Shown in pieces: positions 27,216 through 41,906 of a DNA stretch of 64,000 nucleotides (position 1 is its first letter; every line of letters begins with the position of its first letter). Where the stretch lies: positions 6,758,001 through 6,822,000 of the forward strand of contig CM022670.1 in assembly GCA_012295275.1 (NCBI GenBank), given 5' to 3'. A model generated the notes under the pieces. It was given only the letters and a program-made list of their open reading frames with translations. It had not been told where the DNA came from and made no database searches. The stretch is from Chrysomallon squamiferum. Lineage: Eukaryota; Animalia; Mollusca. The position numbers were made by a program, and so were the translations under genes.

Positions 27216-29485
27216 GAGAAAAAAGAGAAAAAAAGAGAAAGAAATAAAATATAAAAAGAAAAGATAAAAAAGAAACTAAGTAATAACAATAATAAATAAA
27301 TAAATAAATACATCAATAAATAATAATAATAATAATAATTCAAAACACTTGTTTCATGTTATAAAGAGCTCAGCCAGTTCTTTCATTCTGCACTGCATTC
27401 TGTTTCTTATGGTTCTGCGGTATAAAATTAATTTCGATTTAAGTTAATTCAGACAATTCGATTGTAAATCTGCGATAAATCGTTTAGCGAGAACGTAGCT
27501 TTAAGAAGATTACAGTATTATTATTCGAAATTGCTTCGATATGTTCACTGAAGAACATCTTCCTCGGGATTATTCGGATAAATCCGTTAAATACTGTTTC
27601 ATTGTTCTCGGGATTATTCGGATACGTTCGCTAAACGGAGATAGAGGTTCGCGCTTTTGGTGTATTTTAATTGGTTGTTAAAGACAGTGCAGTAAATTTT
27701 CGATTTCGTTGAAGAATTCACTCGGCTGTTTTCGTGAATATCCACGGACATTAACTTCAAAGACTGATAAACCGATAGCACTTTCATCTATTTTTTTCTC
27801 CTCTTTTCAGAATAAAACTAATTAAACTTCAAACAATGTTACGTTCATTTTACAATCTCTCATGTCAAAACATAAATACTATTATATAACTCTGGATCTA
27901 AAGCGACTCTAAATTATCCAGCTTTATCAGTGTTTTGATGCGACATGACGTCATACTCCGCCTTTTCATCTTCGTGGAGGTCATTTCCGACGTCACGGTT
28001 GGCCACTTTATAAAAGTCAGTCGTCATTTCGCAAAAGCAAGTATTCAAGTCTTTTCACTATTCTGGGACTAGAACAAAGTAAGCAGTGTTGCTCGCTCAA
28101 AGGCAAAACGTTGAATAATTTCTCCCTTATTTCCATTTTGATTACAGACTGCGACCTTATTGCAACCAACACGATTCCAATTTGACACATCTTCTTTGAT
28201 AATTATTTGAAGTGATGTCTCAGATTGACGGCGAGTTTTGGGCAGTCACAGTCACGTATTGAGTCTCAGCACCGCTCTCTTTAGCCCTCACAATGTCGCA
28301 GTCCCCGTTTTTGTTGACTCTGCAGTCGGGAACGTGCTGTGGGGAGGGTCCAGCATAATGGCGTAAAAAAAAGAAAAAGAAAAAAAAGCGAACTGTGTGC
28401 AGTCTCATCTCACACTGATTGAAAAACATTACAGACAATCACAGAGTTTAATTTTAGTAAAAGCTGAAGTGATATCATTTAAGATTCTTTTATTATGTAA
28501 AAAGGTATTGGATTTTTTCACCACTTTCCAAGATTTTCAATTATTTCTTCTTTTTTTTTAATCATTTTATTTTATTACTATAATTACTTTTTTTTTTTAA
28601 TAGAGTAGACTAGCGTTTGTAGGCGTGAGCTGTAGGTCTGTGCTTAGTGAGAAAACCCTGAGGCGTGGCTGGTCGAGGGATCGCCGCTATGTTCCGACAG
28701 TTGGCTGTCTCTTCTTCCATCCAGTGCTCCGCACATTTTCCTGCCGCTGGGAAGGTGCACACGAAATGTTTCTTGATGTTAACTGGAAAGAGTAGCCAAT
28801 GGGGTTGCGGTATCGCGTTTCTTCTTTCATATCATCGTTACACCCAGTGTTAGATATCTATAATAAGCTATAATAATAAAATGTTAAACATCATTCTTTA
28901 TTTTTTTGGTCAAAATGATGACTTAGCCTTGCCATCACCGTTCCGATTCCAGCTGTTTCCTATACATCCGGATCGGCCCCTGGCTTTCAGTATTAATGAT
29001 GATAATGATGATGATAGTGATGATGACATTGATGATGATGATAATGATGAAAGTCATGATGGTAATGGTGACGGTGATGATGACATTTAAATAATAAGCT
29101 AATAAGATATTTATTCTGCTTGGTAAGAAAGAATGAAAATAAGTCGTCGTCGTCGACGTTGTTGTGTAAAATGAAGTAGTGTTCCGCTTTCTCAAAGAGG
29201 TGAACAATATCTACATATTTATTACATTACAAAACTCCAATAAAATCAGCTGAGAGGATTTGAGAAAAGAGCACGTGAACTAGTGACAGATTTCTGTAAA
29301 TTACATTTCAGCCCTCTCAGTAAATAAATTAATGAATAAATAAATAAATCAAATATATATCAAATCAAATAAAACAATAAAAATAAATAAATAAAAACAT
29401 AAATACAACAACAACAATAACAATAAGAAAAAAACCAGTAATAAGAAAAAAAAATCAAAAATCAAAATCAAAATAATAATAATAA

Positions 29486-29520
<35 letters not shown>

Positions 29521-30487
29521 AAACAGTTGCTGAAAGATATCACAAACACTCAGAATATTTAAATTTAAAAAAGAAACAAACGTAACTTTTATAACTTTAA
29601 TAACATAGAAAAATCAAAACATTGTATACTACTCAAAACAAGTTAAGGGTCGTGTTAATGAATCACATGGCGCTGTCGACTTTTAGCTACAGTGAACCGG
29701 CCATTTTGCAGCATTATATTTATAATAAAATATTCAGGTATATAATATATATTTATATTTATATATCAATCTATATATGTTTGTATGTGTGTCTGTATGT
29801 ATATATATGTATGTTTGTATGTATGTGTGTGTGTTACTATGTATATATTATTATCTGTTAATAAAGTTATTTAGTGAAGTATAAAACTGTTGTATTGTGA
29901 GTTGACAGATCTAATTATGTCTGTCAGACACACTCTGAACACTATTTCACACAGTCTGATGAAACATTATTTCTGAGAAAAACACAAATTGTCTAACTGC
30001 CAGTCTCATTTTATACAAGTTTAAAATTTGTACGTAAATGCAACTTTAGTATCTTACGAATATATATATGTATGTATTTATGTATTTTCGTATGTATGTA
30101 TGTATGTATAGAGCCTAGTTGAATTATAACATTCATATAATTATTTAGGACCGGGTTTTAGCTTAAACCAAATGAGCTACAGTTTAAAAAGTCACTCACA
30201 ATTTCATTTCAGTTATCATACAGACTTATTTTATATTAACAGCTTATTACAATCTGTATTATATTTTATAATATCACATCTTTTCTGGATATAATATTTA
30301 TAACATACCATAATCATTTTTTTTTTTTAATTTTCGTCAGTTTCTTTTAGCGAAATAATAACAGTTTATGAAAATATCACAGCTATGAATCATATCTTCA
30401 TCTCTCAGTGATGACATGTTGTCATAGTCACACATAAATAAAAAATATACACAATGAATATATTATGTACACAGCGCTGCTGATTGG

Positions 30488-30811
30488 TTAACTCTCGTCG
30501 TCTGTCCACAGAAAGAGATAAATAATCCAATAGAAAACGTTGGCTAAAATAAACGTGCCCGGAAACAGGGACCTCGCGATCATGTCTATGCTGCTGACGC
30601 TGTTGATGCCCTCGCCGTCCGCGTCCTGTGACTTGCGCTGTCTGTAGTCGGCGTTGCCGGTCAGGCAGTGCCAGACCATCTTGTAACATGGTTGTCGGAG
30701 CCGCTCCTCGGCCATGTCGACCACGGCGTTGTTCTCCAGCAAAATCTCGCGTTCTCGCTGAATCTCGTTCACGTTCGTGTACATGATTTTTCTAGTAGGC
30801 GGCAGACATGT
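30488..30811 (-). CDS. GABA-A-like Cys-loop ligand-gated anion channel subunit, terminal exon (M3-M4 loop end and M4)
   Basis: ttttcag acceptor in phase 0. Translates TCLPPTRKIMYTNV...INSVSSIDMIARSLFPGTFILANVFYWIIYLFLWTDDES with stop (ID..AR..FP..F...N..YW M4 signature). Confidence 0.93.
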   Translation of the reverse strand, partial: TCLPPTRKIMYTNVNEIQREREILLENNAVVDMAEERLRQPCYKMVWHCLTGNADYRQRKSQDADGEGINSVSSIDMIARSLFPGTFILANVFYWIIYLFLWTDDES

Positions 30812-31375
30812 CTGAAAAAAAAACCATAATAATAATAATAATAAAAATAAAAATTAAAATAATTCAGTATGTGTGTTTGTTTATGTGGATTTTATTTGTG
30901 TTAAATTAATATTAGTAAAAAGTTATAATTAAAATGATTATTTTTATGGAATTTTGCAAATTACTGTCGCACGCAATTACCTACTTTAAAAAATAATGAA
31001 AATAAAATAAAAACGGCTTCAATTTTAACGTTATTGAATGCTATCTAATTCGGTAATAATAAAAAATATTACGAACAAAGAGACAGATATACAGACACAA
31101 ACACACATAGAAAGAGATAGAGACAGATAGACAGAGAAAAACACACACACAGACAGACAGAGAGAGAGAGAGAAGAAATTGTGATATTAACTACAATTAA
31201 ATAAAAGCATTATAAACTGTAAAAAAAAACATCTAGAGACAAAAAAGAAAATAAAAGAAAATAAGGCAGAGAGAAAGAAAGAACACACACACACACACGC
31301 ACCCACACATACATACACTCAGGCAGTATTTTCCAGTGTGACAAGACAGAGATATGTATGACTCTATCCACTCAC

Positions 31376-31572
31376 CTCCTCCTCATCCTCGGAAACGTTA
31401 ATTTTCGGCATCTTCGTGAAGTAGTTCACCGCGGCGTACTCAATGAGCGCCGCCATCTGATAAATAAGGCACGTGTTGAGGAAGATGTCGAGTGCTGTGG
31501 CGTACGGAACTCTGGGAATTCCTTCTCTCACAGTCATGCCGATAGCAGCGGTGCTCAGAATGGTGGTCACGC
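31376..31572 (-). CDS. Cys-loop channel exon (M2-M3)
   Basis: tctag|...|gtgagt. Translates GVTTILSTAAIGMTVREGIPRVPYATALDIFLNTCLIYQMAALIEYAAVNYFTK...EDEEE. Confidence 0.94.
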
Positions 31573-32853
31573 CTAGACAAGGAAAAGTGGTCAGACTGTT
31601 TATTATTATCAGATTAGAAAAGCTGTTAAACGTCTTCAAAAACAGGGAACTGACTGCAGTTTTTATTACGTTACATATTAACGGTTATTAGGTGTGTGAA
31701 AAGAAGATTTCTGATGGACTGTTATTGATTTCGTGACGGTTTTACAGAAGAACCACTTTCGGCTGGTACAGTTTAGAAGTAAAGGACTCTGTTATATTCA
31801 CTTACGCTACAGATTGAAAGCTATTTTGAAAAGTTGAGTGCTGGCTTGTACAGGGAAAATTATACAACGGGAGAAATTAGAAAAGATTTGATCCTGGAAG
31901 CAGTCACGCCTCATCCAGGCACCGTATCCATTGACTACGAGTTATTACATAAGTAAAGAAAACATGAAAACGATTTCAATTTTTATTGCAATCGGAAGGT
32001 TGTTTCTGGAGTCATCTTTTTTACTACAGTTTAGAAAAGTCATCATCATTACTGTCACCGCAAGTACTTTCGAGTTACTTGAACACTTAAATCAAGAATA
32101 TTTCCCTAATGTCACGGACCGAAACATGCAACTCTGAAACACGTAACATGCAAAATCCATCAAAGATAAATTCCAGCGTTTGACCTGCTCCTGATAAAAG
32201 CAATTTGCGCTCGGCGATAAAAAACAAAAACAACATTATCCGTGTTGAGCCGAAATGGACAAGGAAAGATAAAGATCAGATTTGCACGGTTCGAGAAGAA
32301 AACACGCAGAACGTTTAAAGACTGCAAGTTCCCCATCTTGAAGATGATTGTGTTATGGAGTTAGTGGCGCGGCCTTGATCCAAGGATTGTCCCTAATCAC
32401 GATTAACATCGCATATTTGTCGTTAAAAATCGCTAAGTGCAGTCAGCCGTGAAATTAACTCTTATATATCTGACGTAAAATACTTGTATAAACTTTATTA
32501 ACACTTGACAGGAGGAGGGAAATCAAAGTTTTTATTTTTATTTTTTTTTTTTTATCTGCAGATCTTTTCTTTCATTCTTTTTCATAACGTAAAATAAAGG
32601 TGAAAGGAAATAAAAGTTTTATAATGAATAAGAATTCTTGAAATAACATTGAAAGAAGGATGAAGAAGAAGAAAAAAAAAAAATAATTGATTTTAAAATC
32701 CTTGCGTCTTCATTATTGCGTATAAAATTAGATAAAGTGACTGCATTTTGATAAAAGAGGAACTGGGGGAAAAAAAAGAGAAAGAAAGAAGCAGAAGTGT
32801 AAAAAACCCACAGATAATGGAACACCTACAGAGAAACAGAGAACGATAGTGGC

Positions 32854-32944
<91 letters not shown>

Positions 32945-32981
32945 TTAATAGATAGAGAGAGAGAGATAGATAGATAGATAG

Positions 32982-33033
<52 letters not shown>

Positions 33034-33220
33034 TTGCAGAGATAGACAGGGAAAGATAGAGATATACATACTCACATGTTAACACACGCACACACACACA
33101 AACATACAAAAACAAACTCTGTGACAGAGTTTTGTGGTATATTAAGCACTTCTATTCATTAACGACGTTTACAGTGCACTAGCCCCGGTTTGACAGTGTT
33201 GCTACGTGAGTGGTACATAC

Positions 33221-33373
33221 CTAAAAGAACTCTTGCTGGTGCGGCGTCTCTGTTTATCCAGAAAGAAACCCACGACAGAGCAGTGATGAGATAGCAGGGA
33301 AAGAAAGTCTGAAGTAGATAGAACCCAAGAGGACGTTTTAGATGAATCTTAGCTTCAAGACGTGACACCTCAC
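33221..33373 (-). CDS. Cys-loop channel exon (loop C end, M1, PAR motif)
   Basis: tttgcag|...|gtatgt, 153 nt. Translates GEVSRLEAKIHLKRPLGFYLLQTFFPCYLITALSWVSFWINRDAAPARVLL. Confidence 0.94.
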
Positions 33374-33383
33374 CTGCAAATAG

Positions 33384-33523
<140 letters not shown>

Positions 33524-33573
33524 TAATAATAATAATAATTAAATAAATAAATAAATCAGTCTAATAAACTTAC

Positions 33574-33714
33574 CGTATTCTGTGAATTTGGTTTCATTGA
33601 ACGCTTCTATTCTGTCCAGATCGAAGATGGCCATTGTGACGCCAGGATATATGTCAATTACTGGATGCTTGTCGTGTTTCCAGTGGTATATGATATCTTC
33701 TGTAGTGTACCCGT
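33574..33714 (-). CDS. Cys-loop channel exon (loops B, F, C)
   Basis: ttttag|...|gtaagt, 141 nt. Translates YGYTTEDIIYHWKHDKHPVIDIYPGVTMAIFDLDRIEAFNETKFTEY. Confidence 0.92.
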
Positions 33715-33966
33715 CTAAAAATAAAACACGCCACAGTGATAGAGACACATAGATGCAGTTACACATACACACTGAAACACACAAACAAATTTGGCTAGTT
33801 ATTAGATTCTTATATTAATCCTAGTAATGATGATAATGACGGTATGATGACGGTAATGATGATATTGATGATAATATTGATGATGATGGCAAAGATGATG
33901 ACGATGATGATGAGATGATGACGTTAATGATAATAATGATAATAGGGTGATGATATGATTACTTAC

Positions 33967-34049
33967 AGCTGCCTAACTCTAGAGGACAAACAACTTTTCC
34001 CATCGGATAACGGTAAAGTTTCATCGGACAGCGAGCGTTTACGGTTAAC
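33967..34049 (-). CDS. Cys-loop channel exon (Cys-loop)
   Basis: tttacag|...|gtaagt, 83 nt. Translates RLTVNARCPMKLYRYPMGKVVCPLELGS (C-x13-C). Not in the ORF track. Confidence 0.93.
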
Positions 34050-34089
34050 CTGTAAAAAATAATTAATTAAATTTAATTTAAATTAATTC

Positions 34090-34143
<54 letters not shown>

Positions 34144-34221
34144 TAAATAAATAAATAATGATTTTCTGTGTTGAATGGTTTTGCACAGAAATAATAAAAC
34201 GCTTGTAATAATGTTAATAAT

Positions 34222-34271
<50 letters not shown>

Positions 34272-34720
34272 CAACAACAACAATAACAAGAAGAAGAAGA
34301 AGAAATAAGAAGCAAAAAGAAGGGGAAAAAAAGAAGAAAAATAAGAAGAAGAACAACAACTTCATAATATTATTCTATCAGTTATTATTCCAGTGTTTAA
34401 TTATTGGCATTATGAATATGTATTTTGACAAATAACACTCAGAATGAAAGAATAATTTAAAAATAATATTCCTATGTATGAGAATAGGCTTATAGTCGTC
34501 AGGAATCTGCTTACGGGACGGTTGCCGTACCAGTAAACGCTTATTTTCAACGATCTATATATTTTGATGTAATCTGTACATAAGCCATTTCCATTGATCG
34601 CGCCTTCTTCCCACCAACAATCAGACTTTTATCACGACTGCTGGGATCAAAGATCTTAGTAGAACAAATCGGGTTCCGGCGTTTCTGAGCTCCCTTTCGC
34701 GTTCCGGATATTAGACTTAC

Positions 34721-34944
34721 CTTCTGGACATGTAGAGGCGACCATCTTGGCGAATTCGAACAAAGGCGTTGGGAACGGTTATGTTGTGAGCCTTGGAATT
34801 TTTCCCATTTATGAAATAAGTGTTTGGTTTCCATATAAACTGCAGGAACCTGTTGCTGAGGGTAAATTCGGTGATGTTTTCAGTGCTGAACTTAAGACGG
34901 TCATCGTGCCATCTTTGACGCAAGTAACACTGAAAGGAATAATC
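34721..34944 (-). CDS. Cys-loop channel exon (loops D, A, E)
   Basis: tttcag|...|gtaagt, 224 nt. Translates DYSFQCYLRQRWHDDRLKF...IWKPNTYFINGKNSKAHNITVPNAFVRIRQDGRLYMSR. Confidence 0.94.
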
Positions 34945-35656
34945 CTGAAATGGGAAGGAGGAAGCGATTTATTATTTAGAAAGAAAAATGAAAGAAAAAA
35001 AAAAAAAAAATCTTTCTCACGATCTGCAGATCTTTCATCGAAGCTAAAAGAGAAAGATAACGGAATTAAGATCTTGCCGAAAACGCATTGTGGACACGTA
35101 GAAGTTTATTTTTCAATATCTTGGTTAGGTTGGATCTTCGTCCATACTTGATGGCAGGAAGAAAGTCAACAATTCTCTCGTGAACGCATCTTAAATAAAA
35201 CTGGAGAAATAGTTTGTTAAAATATTTTTATAGTATGTTTGAAAAAATGTTACAACTGCGTAGATTGCTGTAGATTTAGTAAGAAGAAGAAGACGAAAAA
35301 AAAAAGAGAAATTTATAATTTAATCTTTAATTTAGAAAAGATAAGCTACATTTAATTTAATTTACTCCAAAAATATTGATGAAATGACCTAACCGTATTT
35401 CCTATTGTATAAGTGAAATCATTTAAATACATGCATTCGTATTTAATCATTTGGAAGCGACAGACTTAGGTTTTTTTTTTTTTTTCCCCTAATTATCCGG
35501 TCTGTTACGTCTTCATAATGAAACTGATAAAGAAGATGTTTCTAATACATAAATCAATACACATAAACGGTTTATTAATTTCACTTTTCTTCTTGAATAT
35601 TTTATCTTCTGTAAATGGGGTAATTAAAACAGAAACTGGTCTTTTCCTGTACTCAC

Positions 35657-35724
35657 CATTCGCGTTTCTGAAATAGAACCAAAACTCCTCACAGATATAT
35701 CTGTTTCAATATGTAACGGTTCCA
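35657..35724 (-). CDS. Cys-loop channel exon (beta1, loop 2)
   Basis: ttttcag|...|gtgagt, 68 nt. Translates MEPLHIETDISVRSFGSISETRM. Phase fits both neighbours. Confidence 0.9.
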
Positions 35725-38700
35725 CTGAAAACATAAAATATTAAAATTAATGTTTGACTGCAACTTCCTGCAGTAGAATAATAATATATAAAGTAAAAAA
35801 AAATAATAATAATAATAATAATAATAAAATAATAATAATAAAAAAAAAAAAAAAAAAAATTAATAAAAATTAAAAAGAAAATTTTTGATATTAAACAACA
35901 ACAAAAAAAAAAAAAAAAAAAAAAAAAATATTTATGATAATAAAAAAAATAAATAAAAATTTTAATTTTAATAAAATAACAAAAATAATTTCTGGATGGC
36001 TTATTTGCGGTTCTTAATCTGTCAACAGTAATATCACTATTTGATTAAAAAGCTAGTATTTATGTTTGCGATAACTGAACAATAAAATTAACCAAATTCT
36101 GCAAAAAAAAAAGAAAAAAAAAATGTTTTTCCGTTTATATAATTATTTCATGTATTTTAGCCAGAAAACCTGTCAAGATAAAAAAGACAGAATTCAATAC
36201 TCGTCATCTGCGAATGAGAAGTATGCTTAGTCTGTCTGTCAGTTCTGTGTTGATAAATGGTTTAATCACGTCAAAAGAGAAACACCTGCACAGTGTAAAT
36301 AGCGTACACTGTGAGATACTCTTCAGATAGCATCACATTGAGTTTGCTGTTGAGATAAATACTTTGTAATGTGGTTACTTCACTGGTTGTACGTGTCATC
36401 TCTGAACGTCTGCCAATTTACGTGCCTGCATGTCTTTCTATCTCTCTCTCTTTCAAACAGACACGTGTTTCAGTCTACCTACCTGTCTACCTATCTAACC
36501 GCCTATATCTATTCTGTCTATACATCCATTTATTTATCTATCAGTTTGTCTATCTGTCTGTCTGTCTATTTATTTATCTATCGCAAGTCTTTCAAATAAA
36601 TATAAAAATAATATATATATATAATGATTTGAATCATTATTTCTTTAACATACTTTACTTATAAGAAAATGAAATAAGTGAAAATCATTACAACATTTAT
36701 CGTTGGTAAACTGGTTACTTCATTTCGTTATAATTAACTTGTAATTGCCGGCCGCTACGCGATTAAAGACGGTAAATCTATTTATCTGAAATGATATCTA
36801 ACACGGTCACCCAAGACAATTAATTTTCTGTAATTGTCTTCATTCAGAAGTGACCGGTGGTCAGAGATCAACACCTAACTCAGTCGGCAATTCTCAGATA
36901 GAGTCTCAATCAGCAATTAAACTACGAGCATACATTATGTCTATAACGTCAGCAGCAACAACGACAACGAAAACAACAACCATTTACATCTCGGTCTTCA
37001 TTTTTAACAAAGAAACTCAGAAACGCGTTTGTTAGCATACATTTAACAGTCCATTTCTATACTAGATTCCCTAAGACAACATCGAGAGATCTCTGGCCTT
37101 AACAGCGACAACAACAACTACAACGACAATAATTGCAGGAATAATAATAAAACAACTAAAAACTACCACTACAATGGCAAAAGAAAAAAAAAATAGACAA
37201 AAAAAAAGACAAAAAGAAGGTTGGGAACAAAAAAAAAAAAAAAAAAAAAAATTAAACACGGTGAAGAAAACAAATGGATTAATTTCATGGTAAGAAGTCG
37301 CATTAATTGAAAACTGCAGATTGAAACTGTAGGAGAATTTCGCCTGTGTGAGCGATGTCTGCCTACGACCAGTTTAAACTTTGTAATTTTAATTACACAT
37401 CAGTCTTAGTAAGATTTCAGTAATCACGCTGTTCCTCCACGCTACTCTGTCACGTAATCATTAATCAACCTGCCACGTATTCCCACATTCAGCCGTTCAT
37501 TTTTAACTTGGAGATTTATTTCATTTTATTATTAATATTTTTTTTAAATAGGTTCATAACTTTTCATTTTGTTGTATTACCTTCAAATTGTTAAAAATGA
37601 ATAAATCAAAAAAATAATAATAATAATAATGATGATGATGATGGTGATGATAATGAGGAAGATAATATTGATGATGATGACGATGATAATAAAGATAAAA
37701 TGAATAACAACAACCAATATAAAAAAAAAAAAAAAAATAAACTAAAAAAAAAAAAAAAAAAAAACAAAAACACACCAGCAAAACCAATAAGAAATTGAAA
37801 ATAAAATGGCTTCTGGATTCAAATCCAGAGCAGATATTTATAAGATTTCTATTGCTTATGGATTAACAGGTTTTAATTCAGCTTATTTATTAATTAATAA
37901 AAGAAATCGACATTAATTAATGTAATGAAATTGCCGTCGATCAAATAAATATAAATAACTGATTCAATAATCATGACCGGAAGCGACGTGAATGAAATAA
38001 CAACCGAATAGGAAAGTACTGAGGTTATTAGCGGAAGCGGAAGTGTATCAGATTATTAACGGAAACGGAAAACCTTTCTACATGAGAGAGAATGACAGCG
38101 GACTCCGGAGTTAAAACACCTTCAATGTCGTGTTTGATGTCTTCTGTTTGTTCGTTCGTGCATGATACACGTGGCTTAAGTAACGTAAAGCAATGCTTTA
38201 TTAAAATGTGGCTATGTTTTGTATGATCTTAAGAAATAAAAAAAAAAATCTAACCGATTCTATATATTATCGTAGTACAACAACCACTTATTATTATTTT
38301 TTGTTTTGGAAGATATATCGATTAAAACCATTTCCCACAAACCTGCGTAGATCTGTCTCGGTTGATTTCTGGAAGAGCGGTAACTACGTAATACTCGATG
38401 TCATGAAATGCGAATTTGCCGTTGTCACGGAGCTAAATGCCGGGTTATTTATGTCACTCAGATGTGTTATATTGCTTCTGTCCAGACGTGTCACATTTAA
38501 TATGTTCTCGCAAGTTCATATTTAATAAAATCCAGTCCGCATTTCGATCTAAAGTCTGGCCCGAGCCCCGTGTCGCGCCCCGCAGACAGACATATCTATT
38601 ACGTGTCTCTGACTGACACGGGATACCTCGAATGGCGGAAATATTGATAAAATCTTAGCTTTGTTGTCGTGACAGTTAACGAGCGCCGTCTTGCTTCGAG

Positions 38701-39141
38701 CACTTTGATGTACAGAAGCAATTACACCCGGTAAAAACCAAATCCAAAAACTTTTCAGTTAATTTGCGTCGAGACGATGACCTTCCCGGGCCCACGGTCT
38801 GGTTTGTTCACGAGTATTACGCATCTCAGTGGTTTCATCATTCAGCCTAGATTGCCCACGAGAAAGTCTATAAATTCATCACTCTTGTTTCCGTCGTCCG
38901 AGATGGATAGGTTCATTCTCGTAGACCTCAGACAGGAATAATAACTCCCATCCTAGAGTGTACTAGCTACGATTTAAATTGCATACAGTAGACTGGTTCC
39001 GTATAATGCTCTGCTACTACCTCAGTGTGTGGTGTAGATTACGCTATCAAAGCTTTGTAGATGTAAACGATAAAATAATAAAACGCTTGTCATATAAGGA
39101 TTGATGGGGTTAGGACGACCAGGAGAGAGAGAGAGAGTGTA

Positions 39142-39177
<36 letters not shown>

Positions 39178-39703
39178 TGCGTGCGCACGTGTGCGTGAAA
39201 GAGTGAGACAGAGTCACTAACATAGTTTTTAACGTTTACATTCCTATCAGGAACCGCGTCACAAATTTCTATGGCAACCTTCACGAGCTGTCAAGAACTT
39301 GTTAATATACTTTATTAGCAACAAATATTGTACAACAACAGTCACTTGAAATCTATTCGCGCTATTTATTAACACTATAACATGTACCCTTTAATAATAA
39401 AACAACAACAACAAAAAAACAAAAAACAAAAACAAAGAGAAAAGAAATTCAGCTAAACATTAAGGTCCCTGTTAGGACTACACGTTTGTGACATAAGCTA
39501 ATTCTTAACGATTTATTTTTGCAGAACATCTATTACGCCGCCAGTACGACAACGACAACAACAGCAGCAACAACAAGATCAGCAACAACACAATAACAAC
39601 AACAATAATCATCATCATTATCATCATCATCATCATCATCATCGTTATCATCATCACCATAATACACTACTGAGCTCTTTTCTTACGTTAATATTTTTGG
39701 CCT

Positions 39704-39734
<31 letters not shown>

Positions 39735-40502
39735 CAATGTTTCTGTGTCAGTTTGCCGCTCTGATGTCTCTGTCATGTGTGTCTGACTCTCTGGCGAGCT
39801 CAGTCTTAATTAGATAAACATTTATTCTTGTCCTGCCTCGCCAGTTCCAGGCAGAACGACACATCCATGGCCCCAGCCACCACGAGAAAACAGACGAACA
39901 TGCAAGTTTAATTGAATGCAGTTAAATTTTTATTTATTTAAACTGAGAGACGGTTTCCTTTAGTAATTCGTGATGCTCGAAACTTCGGGAAGAAAGTCTG
40001 TAATTGACTTGATAGAAATTACGTTATATTATATAAATTGTGGCTAATCGAAAGGGCTGAAGAGAAAAAAAGGAAGAGAAAGCTTTTATGAATATTGTAA
40101 TATTGTTTCCTACCGTGACAGATTTTTAGAAACAAAAATGCATAAAACATTATTGCGAGTTTTGGCTAAATTGTTTTTAGTAATTTTCGTAATTTTCTTA
40201 GTAATTTTCTTTTCTGTTTTCTTTTTTTCCTTCCTATTTCTCCTTCATTCCAGTTCTTTATGTAAATAATTAAATAATTAAATTACTTTTCTATTCATTT
40301 TATAACTAGAACGTTATACACAAAGATACATGTTTGTGTGTACGTATTTTAGGATTTGAATGTTTCTGTCTTATGTACGTCTGGTTAAACTCTGTATGTA
40401 GACAATATTAGGGAACGCACTGGCGCAGGAAGACAAAGTCCAATCACGACCTCACAAACCCCGTCAGATGCCGCTGACGTATGGCACTCGAATATGGCAC
40501 CC

Positions 40503-40536
<34 letters not shown>

Positions 40537-41557
40537 CACACACATCAAAAACGTTTAAAACTAACAACGAGAACTTAGGAGAAGACTGACTCAAATTTTA
40601 GATATAATAACTATTATTTTATTTTCCTAAATTATTATTATCTTGCACCTAGGACTAAATGTGTGATTGTCGGCGGGCTGTTTTATTTTCTACCAATTAT
40701 CTCGATATAAAAGCCGCAAGCAACAATTTTTTTCCTTCAAAACTTCAAAAAATCTCAGTTGTTTATTTATTTATGGAAAATGCAACGGAAGATGAAATCT
40801 CAATTACATACATTATAGAAACACATTTCCTGCGAGGTAGTTAAAAAAAAAAAAAAAAAAAAAAAAAATGGAAAGAAAAGAATTTGATTAAATAATAATA
40901 ATAATAATATAAAAAAAAGAAGAAGAAGAAGACGAAGAAAAAGAAGAAAAACAACAACAATAAAGAAATAAAGAAAGAAAGAACAAAATTAAAAGAAATA
41001 AATTGAAAGCAATATCAGAAATATCTCCACCAATAAAAAGCTAATGACGACACTGCACTCTGACGTCACTGAACTCTGACGTCAAACACAAGACAAAACA
41101 ATTTATTTCTTTCTTTTTCGGTAGAACATTACTTCATGAAGAAATATCATTTTATAAGATTTACCAAAAAAGTTTAACACAGTTGACAAACAGGAAATTA
41201 TGAATATCGACTTGTTGCTTCCGTTTATGTAAAAAAGTTAAATATTTGTTAATGTAAAAACAGCGTGTACGGAAATAAAGAATAAATTCAATTTGATTAG
41301 AAATGATTAGTTTCACAAACAAAATAACAGAAAATAAGATTGCAAAAAAAAAAAAAAAAAAAAAAAAAAATAATAATAATAATAAAAAAAATAATAACAG
41401 ATCCAACAAGAAAAGCAGAAACAACACTTAGCCAATCAAAAATTTGGTTTTATATTTCTGCGAAAAACATTCTTTCTGGACAAGCGTAAAAGAGGTAAAA
41501 TAAATGAAAATGAGTAGTAAATGCCATTAAAATATCGTTCAGTTTAGTAAGATAATT

Positions 41558-41624
<67 letters not shown>

Positions 41625-41833
41625 GTAGTAGTAGTAGTAGTAGTAGTTTCATTTTCCTGAATGCAAATAATTTTAGAATAACATTTGTTTCCATGTTATT
41701 ATCTTCTTTGTCATCACCACTGAAGAATATACATAAAAAATACCAATAATTAATTATATCATTAACATTATTACTGATAGTGTAGCTGATATTACTAAGA
41801 TGTTAAAATACATATTAACTACCTGGTCAAGAC

Positions 41834-41868
<35 letters not shown>

Positions 41869-41906
41869 TAAAATAATAATAATAATAATCATAAATTATA
41901 ACTTAC

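Noticed and set aside
28881-29090. Asp-rich ORF and the many poly-ER, poly-SL, poly-I and poly-Y ORFs
   Set aside because: Translations of (GAT)n, (GA)n and (AAT)n microsatellites.
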